A DNA stretch of 37,726 nt from Myxococcota bacterium. Its GTDB lineage: Bacteria > Myxococcota_A > UBA796 > GCA-2862545. The translations under genes were made by a program, and so were the position numbers. Under the pieces are notes generated by a model that was given only the letters and a program-made list of their open reading frames with translations, was not told where the DNA came from and did no database searches. The stretch is from contig JBCCQY010000084.1 in NCBI GenBank assembly GCA_039208735.1, positions 1 to 37,726 of the forward strand. Direction: 5' to 3'. Positions 1-7,783 of this stretch are shown here, piece by piece (the first letter of the stretch is position 1; each line of letters opens with the position of its first letter).

Positions 1-1
1 C

Positions 2-124
2 GATGCCTACCGACAGACCACCGGTACAGCGGGGGACGTCCAGGTCGACAGGGCACGAACGGTCGCGACCTACAACGTCGGCGGCTCCACCACGGCCAGC
101 GTGAGCCTCATCATCGGAAGGTAG
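2..124 (+). CDS. Acetyl-CoA acetyltransferase (SCP2-type thiolase family), C-terminal fragment cut by window edge
   Basis: Frame 2 reads DAYRQTTGTAGDVQVDRARTVATYNVGGSTTASVSLIIGR*, a typical SCP2-like thiolase C-terminus (QxxGxAGxxQVxxA...NxGG). TAG at 122-124. Confidence 0.8.
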   Translation, partial: DAYRQTTGTAGDVQVDRARTVATYNVGGSTTASVSLIIGR

Positions 125-132
125 GAGGCGGG

Positions 133-1368
133 ATGGGTGACGCATGGGTGGTGGGCACCGGGTCCACGGCATTTCGGAAATGGCCCCACCGAACGTTTCG
201 GGACCTCGCTGCCGACGCGGTACGACAAGCACTCGAAGACGCGGGTGACCTGGGGCCAGATGTCGAGGAAATCACGTTCGGCAATTGCGCGATGGGGCGG
301 TTTGGTCAGCGCAACGTGCGGGGACAAGTGACGCTCGAGCCGCTGCTCGCGGATGGCACGTTGCCCCGAAGAGCGCCCATCACCAACCTCGAATGCGGCT
401 GCGCCACCGGATCCGCCACCTTGGCCACCGCGGTTCGCGCGGTGAAGAGCGGAGAGGTCGATGTGGCGCTGGCGGTCGGGGTGGAAAAGACGGTCATGCC
501 CGATCGCCCCGAGGCGATGCTCGCGCTGTTCCTCGATGGCATCGATCAACTCCATCCTGAAGAATGGCAGGACTACTTTGGCACCATCGCGGAAGAGGCG
601 GGCGTGTCGTGGTCGCCGGACCCGCAGCGGGTGCTCTTCCTCGATGTGCATGCGCTGCTCACGCGGCATCACATGGCGCAACACGGCACGACACGGGCCC
701 AGATCGCCGCCGTGGCCTCGAAGAACCATTTCCATGGAAGCCTCAACGAAAAAGCGCAATACCGCTTCGAGGCGTCGGTCGAAGAGGTCCTGGCCGACCG
801 TAAGGTGGTCGATCCGCTGACCCGAGCGATGTGCGCGCCCATGAGCGATGGCGCCGCAGCCGTCGTCGTCGTCAGCGACGCCGTGGCACGCGGCATGGAC
901 CGGGCCATCCGGGTCGCGGGATTCGCCACCGCGGGCGGGGCCTACCGACGCCTCGAGGCTCCCAGTGTGACCGCCGCTGCGGCCCAACGACTCTGGGCGC
1001 GCACCTCACAGCGGCCAGACGATGTGGATGTGGTCGAGGTGCACGATGCAACGGCGGGCTGCGAAATCCTGCATCTCGAAGCGCTGGGATTGCAGCCTCA
1101 AGGCCAGGGAGGCCCTCGGGCCGCCGCGGGGGAGACCCGGCTCGGAGGCCCTTTGCCGGTAAATGTGTCGGGCGGACTCGTCTCGCGAGGGCACCCCCTT
1201 GGGGCCACGGGGCTCGGGATGATCGATGAGTTGGTGACGCAGCTCCGTGGCGAGGCCGGGCCTCGTCAGGTCGACGGCGCACGGGTCGGGTTGGCGCACA
1301 ACGCCGGCGGGGCCATCGGGGTGGATGAGGCCGTGGCGGCCGTCACCCTCCTCGAACGACGCGAGTAG
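133..1368 (+). CDS. Thiolase family protein (SCP2/lipid-transfer type)
   Basis: GGAGG RBS at 124-128. Motifs NLECGCATGS (catalytic Cys), AVGVEK, SDGAAAVVV, EVHDAT, NVSGGLVSRGHPLGATG, HNAGG. Confidence 0.93.
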   Translation: MGDAWVVGTGSTAFRKWPHRTFRDLAADAVRQALEDAGDLGPDVEEITFGNCAMGRFGQRNVRGQVTLEPLLADGTLPRRAPITNLECGCATGSATLATAVRAVKSGEVDVALAVGVEKTVMPDRPEAMLALFLDGIDQLHPEEWQDYFGTIAEEAGVSWSPDPQRVLFLDVHALLTRHHMAQHGTTRAQIAAVASKNHFHGSLNEKAQYRFEASVEEVLADRKVVDPLTRAMCAPMSDGAAAVVVVSDAVARGMDRAIRVAGFATAGGAYRRLEAPSVTAAAAQRLWARTSQRPDDVDVVEVHDATAGCEILHLEALGLQPQGQGGPRAAAGETRLGGPLPVNVSGGLVSRGHPLGATGLGMIDELVTQLRGEAGPRQVDGARVGLAHNAGGAIGVDEAVAAVTLLERRE

Positions 1369-1444
1369 CCCTCACGAAAGTCGTCCAATTCCAGACCGGA
1401 TGGCCGCCTACGTTGGGTCTGGGATGCTCCCCTGGAGGACACCT

Positions 1445-2623
1445 GTGCAGCAACCCTCTGTCGATGACTCTCGTGAAACCTGGCTCGTCTACGCCGATGC
1501 CCTGCAAGAGGCCGGAGATGTGCGGGGCAAGCTCATTCTACTCAATGATCAGGTGGCCTCAGGCGCCGATCCTGCGGAACGCGATGCCTACATCGATGCC
1601 CACTTGACGGAGCTGTTTGGCAGCCTGTCCACCGACTTCGTGGAGGTGGAGTGGCGCTATTCGGTGCCGCTCACCGTGGCCCTCCACGTCAGTGAGACCG
1701 ATCAGGGTGCCGACCTCGCCCAGCGGCTCCTGGATGCCCCCATTGCCAAGGGAATGCGCCAACTGCGGCTCGTGGGCCGAACTCCAAGCGGGGAGCCCGT
1801 CGACCTCGAGTCGGCCGTCGCGGTACTCGCCCCTGGCCTCCCTCCATCGTGCGACACCTTCGAACTCATCGATGACCGCGCGGACGGGGCCCGGGTACTC
1901 GTGTCGAGTGACTACGACCCGCGCGAGAACTTGGTATCCTTTGGCCCCATCGCCAAGGCCATTCCCGCTCACCTCAAGGCGTTTCGCGTGGTCACGGCGG
2001 ACGCCGATCAGCTGGATTTGTCCGACCTCGCGGCCCCCGAGCTTGCACAGTTCGAGCTTGCGTGCCTCCGCTGGGGCTACGAGGGCTGGAACGAAGGCAG
2101 CGCCCTCGGCACGACGTTGGGAGAAGCCGAGTTTCCGAACCTTCGCCGGCTGGCTCTGCGCATTCCCGAGACCTTGACCTACAGCTGGCCCAGCACAGAT
2201 GGCGCCTACCATCCCAACGATCGCTACAATGAGTCCAACGACTACTACAGCGATGACGAAGAGGGTTGGTCCGAAGGCTTCGATTGGACCACCGAACTCG
2301 CGCCTATTCTCGAGGGCCTGCGCGACACGAGACTTGAAGAGCTGTCGTTGACCTCGTTCATCTCTGGGTCGTCGGTGCTCGAGGCCCTCGCGGAATCGGG
2401 TCTCCCCGAGGGGCTTCGCATCCTCGATCTTTCCGACAGCGATCTGTCGAACGGAGACCTCAGCATCATCACGCAGAACTCGCAGGTGTTCGAAAAGCTC
2501 GAAGTCATCGATCTGCGCGGCACGTTCGTAAGCGATGCAAGCGAATTGAGCAGCCTCAACGCCGAGGTCCGCGTCGAGCCCGGGCAAGGCCACCGCTACC
2601 AGTTTTCAGTGGGCATGGAGTAA
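1445..2623 (+). CDS. TIGR02996-like N-terminal domain plus leucine-rich-repeat-like protein
   Basis: N-terminal WLVYADALQEAGDVRGKLI resembles the TIGR02996 motif. LRR-like segments FPNLRRLAL, LEELSL, LRILDLSDSDLS, LEVIDLRGT. GTG at 1445 follows GGAGG (alternative ATGs at 1400 and 1424). Confidence 0.7.
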   Translation: MQQPSVDDSRETWLVYADALQEAGDVRGKLILLNDQVASGADPAERDAYIDAHLTELFGSLSTDFVEVEWRYSVPLTVALHVSETDQGADLAQRLLDAPIAKGMRQLRLVGRTPSGEPVDLESAVAVLAPGLPPSCDTFELIDDRADGARVLVSSDYDPRENLVSFGPIAKAIPAHLKAFRVVTADADQLDLSDLAAPELAQFELACLRWGYEGWNEGSALGTTLGEAEFPNLRRLALRIPETLTYSWPSTDGAYHPNDRYNESNDYYSDDEEGWSEGFDWTTELAPILEGLRDTRLEELSLTSFISGSSVLEALAESGLPEGLRILDLSDSDLSNGDLSIITQNSQVFEKLEVIDLRGTFVSDASELSSLNAEVRVEPGQGHRYQFSVGME

Positions 2624-2676
2624 ACGCCTGGGCGGTTGGGGTTGCGTGGTGGAGTCGGGCGAGACACCCATGGACG

Positions 2677-3480
2677 GTGTTCCCGTGTTTCCAGAGCATC
2701 TACGACCTCTTCGACGTGCATCCCAGCCACGCCGCTGGTCGCGACGACGCCTTTCGCGACTGGATGAACGAGAACGGTAGAACCTCTTGGCTTGTGGGAG
2801 CGGGACTTCGTGAGCTGAATGCCACCGACCTCGATCGCTGGCTTCCCGATGGGGAGTGCCTGCGGTTGGTGTCATTGGCTGAAACCATCGAAGCCCAGAC
2901 CGATGTGCGCTTTCTTCCCCTCATCGAGGGGTTGCAACAACGCTTCCGACGGTCCATGAAGCCGGTCTTCTTTCCGATTGCCTACGATTCGCGACAGGCC
3001 ATCGATCTGGTCGCCTCGCTCGATGATGGCCGGGCCGACCCCGCGGTTTGGGCGCGAGACTATGTCGGGCTCTCCCTTCAGGACTCTCTCGTCAAGACCG
3101 TCCGCTCGCTCCTCTTGTCCCGGGCTTCCGACACCCTGCCGTACCCGGGGTGGCTGCGCACAGGACCCGTGCCGCTCGTCGAACCTGCGATCGACTGGCT
3201 GCTGGACCACGGCGCAGTCCCACGGCCGCACGGAGCGGGTACGTGCATGACGTGGCGCTCGGAACACGCAGTGGTGCGGGCGACCGTCGACCGCACCTCA
3301 GATCGATGCGTGTGGTTCTTCGGGGGGCGCAACACCGAGACGCTGCTCAAGCTGCTCGGCCCGCTGTCGCGAGCCGGTTTGGCCCCATCGGGACTTCACA
3401 TCGACCTTGACCCTTTGCCGGAAACGGCCCGACGGCGGGCCGCGTTTACGCACGAGGTTCTCGGTCAACTACCCGCGTAG
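2677..3480 (+). CDS. Hypothetical protein, possible SMI1/KNR4 (SUKH)-like N-terminal domain
   Basis: 267-aa ORF filling the gap. The pattern RLVSLAE...FFPIAYD...LVASLDDGRADPAVW...SL resembles the SUKH core. Start uncertain. Confidence 0.5.
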   Translation: MFPCFQSIYDLFDVHPSHAAGRDDAFRDWMNENGRTSWLVGAGLRELNATDLDRWLPDGECLRLVSLAETIEAQTDVRFLPLIEGLQQRFRRSMKPVFFPIAYDSRQAIDLVASLDDGRADPAVWARDYVGLSLQDSLVKTVRSLLLSRASDTLPYPGWLRTGPVPLVEPAIDWLLDHGAVPRPHGAGTCMTWRSEHAVVRATVDRTSDRCVWFFGGRNTETLLKLLGPLSRAGLAPSGLHIDLDPLPETARRRAAFTHEVLGQLPA

Positions 3481-3520
3481 GACCGTGCCCTCCAGGCGGC
3501 GCAACGCTTCCCGATCGATC

Positions 3521-4459
3521 CTAGCGCCCTCCGGACGTGCTTTCTATCGCCTGTGGTGCGGCGATGATGGTGATCGTGGCCTCCCCGAGGCCTTCGGCCG
3601 ACACCGAAACCTCGTTCCCGGGCTGCAGGAAGCGATCGGCGGAATCCAGCACCGCCCCCAATCGTTGGAAACGGTCCAGCCCGATGAGGTTGGCGGCCAT
3701 GAGCTTCCACGCCGGGGTGGCCAAGGCCACCCCACTTGGGGTGCCCGTCAAGATCCAAGTTCCGACCGAAAGGGGCTCTCCGGCGGTCGCTTCGGCAGCG
3801 TCGACCAACGTGGAGGTCGTGTAGACCAGGTCACGCGTGGACTGTTCCTGCCGGACCTCTCCATCGACGGTGGTCTTCAGCATCACGCAGGGCAAGCCAT
3901 TTTGCACCGGCACATTGGGGCGCCAGATCTCGGTACCGACGGGGAGGAAGCCGGGTCCACTCTTCGACATTCCCCAGTAGCCCATGCGATCCGCCTGCCC
4001 CTCGCCCAGCACGGCCAACGCTCGCTCGGAAAGGTCATTGGCCACGAAGAAGCCCAGTACCGGCGGCTCTCCCTCCTGAATCTCCTCGAGCAGGACCATG
4101 CCCAGCTCCACCTCGTAGTCGACAAGCGGCTGCAGAGTGAGTCCATGGTCGGCCACGGCCTTGGACAATCCGGGCTCCTGACGGTCCAACCACGTTGCGT
4201 GGGTGGACGGAGAAGGCACCGCGACGGAAGTCTGGGTTGGACTATAGCCCTTCGTGAAAATCGGAGGAAAGCCAGAAGAATCTGGTCTTTGCCCTGTTTC
4301 CTGCAGGTGTTCGGCGTAGGTGAGCCCGGCTCCGAACACCTGGGTGGGTGCCGTGAGGGGAGCTCGGGTGCCGTCGGAAAGGTCGTAGCAAACATGATGG
4401 GCCGGCTGGGGCGCAGAACTGCCACACCCCAACGCGATCCAGGCCGTCACAACCGACAT
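3521..4459 (-). CDS. Fumarylacetoacetate hydrolase (FAH) family protein with lipoprotein-like signal
   Basis: GLTYAEH, PPIFTK, DYEVELG, NDLSER, SKS, ILTGTPSGV. The ATG overlaps the upstream stop (TGATG at 4457-4461). N-terminus MSVVTAWIALGC. Confidence 0.88.
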   Translation of the reverse strand: MSVVTAWIALGCGSSAPQPAHHVCYDLSDGTRAPLTAPTQVFGAGLTYAEHLQETGQRPDSSGFPPIFTKGYSPTQTSVAVPSPSTHATWLDRQEPGLSKAVADHGLTLQPLVDYEVELGMVLLEEIQEGEPPVLGFFVANDLSERALAVLGEGQADRMGYWGMSKSGPGFLPVGTEIWRPNVPVQNGLPCVMLKTTVDGEVRQEQSTRDLVYTTSTLVDAAEATAGEPLSVGTWILTGTPSGVALATPAWKLMAANLIGLDRFQRLGAVLDSADRFLQPGNEVSVSAEGLGEATITIIAAPQAIESTSGGR

Positions 4460-6153
4460 CAAACGAGGTGACATGATCGGCAAGCCTCCAACAGGGATTG
4501 GGAAGAAGCGTCGGATGTGGCGCTTCGCCAGGCAATGTGACCATCGGGGCGCACGAGCAGTGCCCCCTCACGGAGGTCTGCGATGGCCTCGATGGGGACG
4601 ACCCGCAGCGGGGCTCGAACGGCGGCCCGCGCGGTGGCTACCGCCGCTTCCCAGGGGGAGGCATCCGACACCAACAAGGTGAACGAATCGACATCGATCA
4701 GATCGTGGGTCGAACGGGTTCGTTCAGCATCGAGCCACCAATGCGGCAATCGAGCCCCTGGGCAGGTGGAGGGGACGTAGTCTCGCACTCGGTCGATGTC
4801 GGCGGGGGCGTCTTGTCCGTAGACGTAGCCAATATCCAGTCCCAACCGATCGAAATGCGGCAACTGGTCCCGAATGCTGGCCTGGGCGCGCCTTCGCACC
4901 GCCCCCTCACGCAACCCTCGGCCCACCAACCAATGCGCCGGACCCTCGAGGATGCGTAGAAGCCAACGTTGCAAAGCGGGAAGCCATTTGAACGTGCGGC
5001 GAACGATGGCACGAATCTCGAGGCTGTTCGACGGCAGCCCAACAGCCTGCGCCACCTCGAAGATACGGTCGTAGTTCGTGTGACTTTCCGTACAGTTCGC
5101 CAGTGCGACGGGGCGACGTTCCACCTCGTAGGTCTCGAGGAGGGAGGGATTGGCCTGGTCCCGCATCACCGCGGCAAGCTTCCAGGCCAGGTTGTGGGCA
5201 TCCGCCACCCCCGTGTTGAGCCCCAATCCACCGGTTGGTGGAAACCGGTGCGCCGCATCGCCGACGAGGTAGGCCGGCCCTTTGGAAAAGCGCTTGGCTA
5301 CCTGCGCCGACATCTGCCACTCGCAGATCGACCGGATGTGCAATGGGGGTTCAGCGCCCGAAAGGGCGATGCGGAGCCGCTCCCGAAAGAACGCCTCGTC
5401 ATAGTCTTCAAGGGCGGTGCCTTCTTCGAAGGGGATGTGGTAAACCCAGCACCGCTCTACATGATGAGCAATTAGGGTCCCCACCGCACTGGGATGAAGA
5501 AGCCAATAGAGTTTCGCTCGCGTGGTGACGTGGTCGCGAAGGTCCGCATCAAACGCGCAACTCACAAAGCGCTGGAGTGTTTCGGGGCCATCCATCGCGA
5601 TGTCCAGCGCTTCACGCACCCGGCTCCGCGCTCCATCGGCTCCGATCAGAAACCGGTGCTGCACGGTGGAGGTACGACCCGTCGCACGATGCTCGAGGCG
5701 ACTCGCGGTCCGTTGATCATCGGCGAACCCACACCACGCCATGCCTTCGCGCAGTTCGATCTGCGGTCGGCGCGCCACTTCGTCGCGCAGGACTTCCTCG
5801 AAGGTCACCTGCGACAAGTTGAGGCAAGGAACCCCCGCCCTTAGATGTTCGGCGTAGCGACTCGCAATCGACTCTTCGAGCAAGTCTAGGCGCCCAATCT
5901 CCTCCGCAAGGGCCCGACAGAACACGATGCGCGCGCCATCCTCGGGCGGCGACGCTTCCGCCTCCAACCGCGTGACGTCCACATCGAGCGAACGTAAAAT
6001 TTCGAGCGTTCGCGCATTGATCTCATGCGCCTTGGGGTGCAAGCCAAGCCCGTTCCTGCGCTCGACGATCCGGCTCGAGATGCCGGCGCGGGCAAGCGCC
6101 AACGCCGAGACCAGTCCCGAAGGGCCGGCCCCCACAATGAGGACGTCAGCCAC
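4459..6153 (-). CDS. FAD-dependent aromatic monooxygenase (PheA/TfdB-like)
   Basis: VLIVGAGPSG Rossmann motif, IGADGARS, LVGDAAHRFPPTGGLGLNTG, NLAWKLA, YEVERRP, PGARLPH, LLVRPDGHIAWR. GTG start at 6153 overlaps the upstream gene end. Confidence 0.93.
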   Translation of the reverse strand: MADVLIVGAGPSGLVSALALARAGISSRIVERRNGLGLHPKAHEINARTLEILRSLDVDVTRLEAEASPPEDGARIVFCRALAEEIGRLDLLEESIASRYAEHLRAGVPCLNLSQVTFEEVLRDEVARRPQIELREGMAWCGFADDQRTASRLEHRATGRTSTVQHRFLIGADGARSRVREALDIAMDGPETLQRFVSCAFDADLRDHVTTRAKLYWLLHPSAVGTLIAHHVERCWVYHIPFEEGTALEDYDEAFFRERLRIALSGAEPPLHIRSICEWQMSAQVAKRFSKGPAYLVGDAAHRFPPTGGLGLNTGVADAHNLAWKLAAVMRDQANPSLLETYEVERRPVALANCTESHTNYDRIFEVAQAVGLPSNSLEIRAIVRRTFKWLPALQRWLLRILEGPAHWLVGRGLREGAVRRRAQASIRDQLPHFDRLGLDIGYVYGQDAPADIDRVRDYVPSTCPGARLPHWWLDAERTRSTHDLIDVDSFTLLVSDASPWEAAVATARAAVRAPLRVVPIEAIADLREGALLVRPDGHIAWRSATSDASSQSLLEACRSCHLV

Positions 6154-6574
6154 GCTCGACCCCCCGCACCGCAACGAAGCTCAACAGCGACAGGAACGCC
6201 AAAAGGATGAAGACGAGGACGTTCTCGTTGAGCCCCAGGATGGTCAGGTGGAAGTCGGGATCGATGACCAGCCCATCGTATTGGCCGACGAGCGCCGCTG
6301 CGCCCCAGAACCCAAGGACATTGCAGGCTTGCCAGGCCCAAGCAACGTACATCGACCGCACGTCACCCCATCGCCAGATGAGCACCAGGTTGGCCACTCC
6401 CGAAAGGGCCATGAACACCAAAAGCCACATCAGGTGGAACCGCGCATGCCCCACCCAGGTGGGGTTGAGCAGGTGGGTCTCTCCGATGTCCCGCAGGATC
6501 GGACCAAAGAACTCGAGCACTCCCACGGTCAACAAGATCTGCGCGGTCCGGGGATTTGAAAACAACTTCCGCAT
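6146..6574 (-). CDS. Small multi-pass membrane protein (DUF6640-like)
   Basis: About 4 hydrophobic segments. His-rich motif THLLNPTWVGHARFH. GGAGG RBS (6579-6583). Confidence 0.72.
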   Translation of the reverse strand: MRKLFSNPRTAQILLTVGVLEFFGPILRDIGETHLLNPTWVGHARFHLMWLLVFMALSGVANLVLIWRWGDVRSMYVAWAWQACNVLGFWGAAALVGQYDGLVIDPDFHLTILGLNENVLVFILLAFLSLLSFVAVRGVERG

Positions 6575-6615
6575 GAGGCCTCCGAACGATGGGAGCAACC
6601 TAGGAGACGGAGTTG

Positions 6616-6630
6616 GTGCAAAAAATGGAC
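6616..6630. promoter_or_regulatory. Putative LysR binding box (T-N11-A)
   Basis: GTGCA-AAAAA-TGGAC imperfect dyad with T6617-N11-A6629, in the 87-bp divergent gap between the operon and the LysR gene. Confidence 0.45.
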
Positions 6631-6661
6631 AACGCTGGCCCTTTGATGGTCAGATCCGAAC

Positions 6662-7549
6662 ATGGACCTCGAAACCCTCCGGGCTCTCATCGCGGTGGTC
6701 GAAATGGGCAGCTTCGTCGCCGCCGGACGTCGTCTGGGCATGGCCCGACCAACGCTCCGTCGTCGCATTGAAGCGCTCGAAGCGGAAGTAGGGACCGCGC
6801 TTTTTGTACGAACCCGTTCCGGAACCACGCCGACCGAGGCGGGCCGCCTGCTCGCCCATCATGCAGGACCCTGGTTGCGCGATGGCAATGCCCTGCTCGC
6901 CGCGGTCCGCGACCTTGGCACCGAACCTCGTGGCGAAATCCGGCTTGTGATGCCGTCCGGGGTGGCGCCTCAGGTGGTGGTTGCGCTCATGATGGCGTTG
7001 CGATCGCGCTACCCCGCGCTCCACCTGCGTTTGCGTACCGCGGACGATCCGATTGCCGCACTTCAGGACGACGTCGATGTCGCCCTAGCGTTCGGGGATC
7101 GGCGACCCGGTGGACGCTGGATCTCGATGGAGGTGCTGCGCATTCGGCAGTGGCTTTTGGCAAGCCCCGCCTACCTTGCAGCCCACGGCACGCCTTCCAC
7201 CATCGAAGAACTCATGGACCATGAGCTTTTGGCCTGGGCCGCACCCGGGGAGGACCCCACGCAGTGGGCATGCCTGGACGGACGTATCCTTACCATCACC
7301 CCAGCGTTAGCTAGCCCCGACGTGCACCTGTTGCGCAACGTGGCCGCAGCGGGGCTCGGCGTCGCATTCTTGCCAGACGGATTGCTGCCCGAACCCGGTC
7401 CTCCGCTGGTGCCTGTGCTGCCCGAGGTCGTTGGCCAAGATCGCTCGGTTCGCATCGTCGTCCCCGCCGCGATGGAGGGCATTCCAAGGATCAAGGCGCT
7501 GCTGTCGGAACTGCGTGGACTGCGAGATACCTTCTTCGCGCGCACCTGA
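6662..7549 (+). CDS. LysR family transcriptional regulator (CrgA-like)
   Basis: MDLETLRALIAVVEMGSFVAAGRRLG...LEAEVGTALFVRTRSGTTPTEAG HTH, followed by a substrate-binding domain (ASPAYLAAHGTP, AGLGVAFLP). Confidence 0.95.
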   Translation: MDLETLRALIAVVEMGSFVAAGRRLGMARPTLRRRIEALEAEVGTALFVRTRSGTTPTEAGRLLAHHAGPWLRDGNALLAAVRDLGTEPRGEIRLVMPSGVAPQVVVALMMALRSRYPALHLRLRTADDPIAALQDDVDVALAFGDRRPGGRWISMEVLRIRQWLLASPAYLAAHGTPSTIEELMDHELLAWAAPGEDPTQWACLDGRILTITPALASPDVHLLRNVAAAGLGVAFLPDGLLPEPGPPLVPVLPEVVGQDRSVRIVVPAAMEGIPRIKALLSELRGLRDTFFART

Positions 7550-7566
7550 CGCATCGCGCGAGCCTC

Positions 7567-7727
7567 TCACGCCATGACGGTTGCGCCGCCGCGCATCGCC
7601 TCCTGCAGACGCCTACGTCGCAGACGACACGACCAGGACAGGCCTCTCGAATCGCACGCGGGTAGGCCTGCATCCGTACCGAATCCGCCATCATGCGCTG
7701 GTAATCACGTAGATCTTGCAGTTTCAT
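7567..7727 (-). pseudogene. Remnant of PRMT-like class I SAM-dependent methyltransferase
   Basis: MKLQDLRDYQRMMADSVRMQAYPRAIREACPGRVVCDVG matches the PRMT-like N-terminus (YxxMxxDxxRxxAYxxAI...VxDxG). It breaks inside motif I. A shifted frame gives LQEAMRGGATVMA* ending at 7567. Confidence 0.65.
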
Positions 7728-7783
7728 GGTTCGAATTTCGACGAACCCCTCATAGGCTTTACGACGACCACAGGAGAGAGCGC

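Noticed and set aside
3407..4471. 354-aa plus-strand ORF
   Set aside because: Antisense to the FAH gene, which carries the recognisable motifs.
7574..7783. 70-aa N-terminal extension of the STAND protein
   Set aside because: Low-complexity Arg/Pro sequence that overlaps the methyltransferase remnant. The RBS supports ATG 7784.
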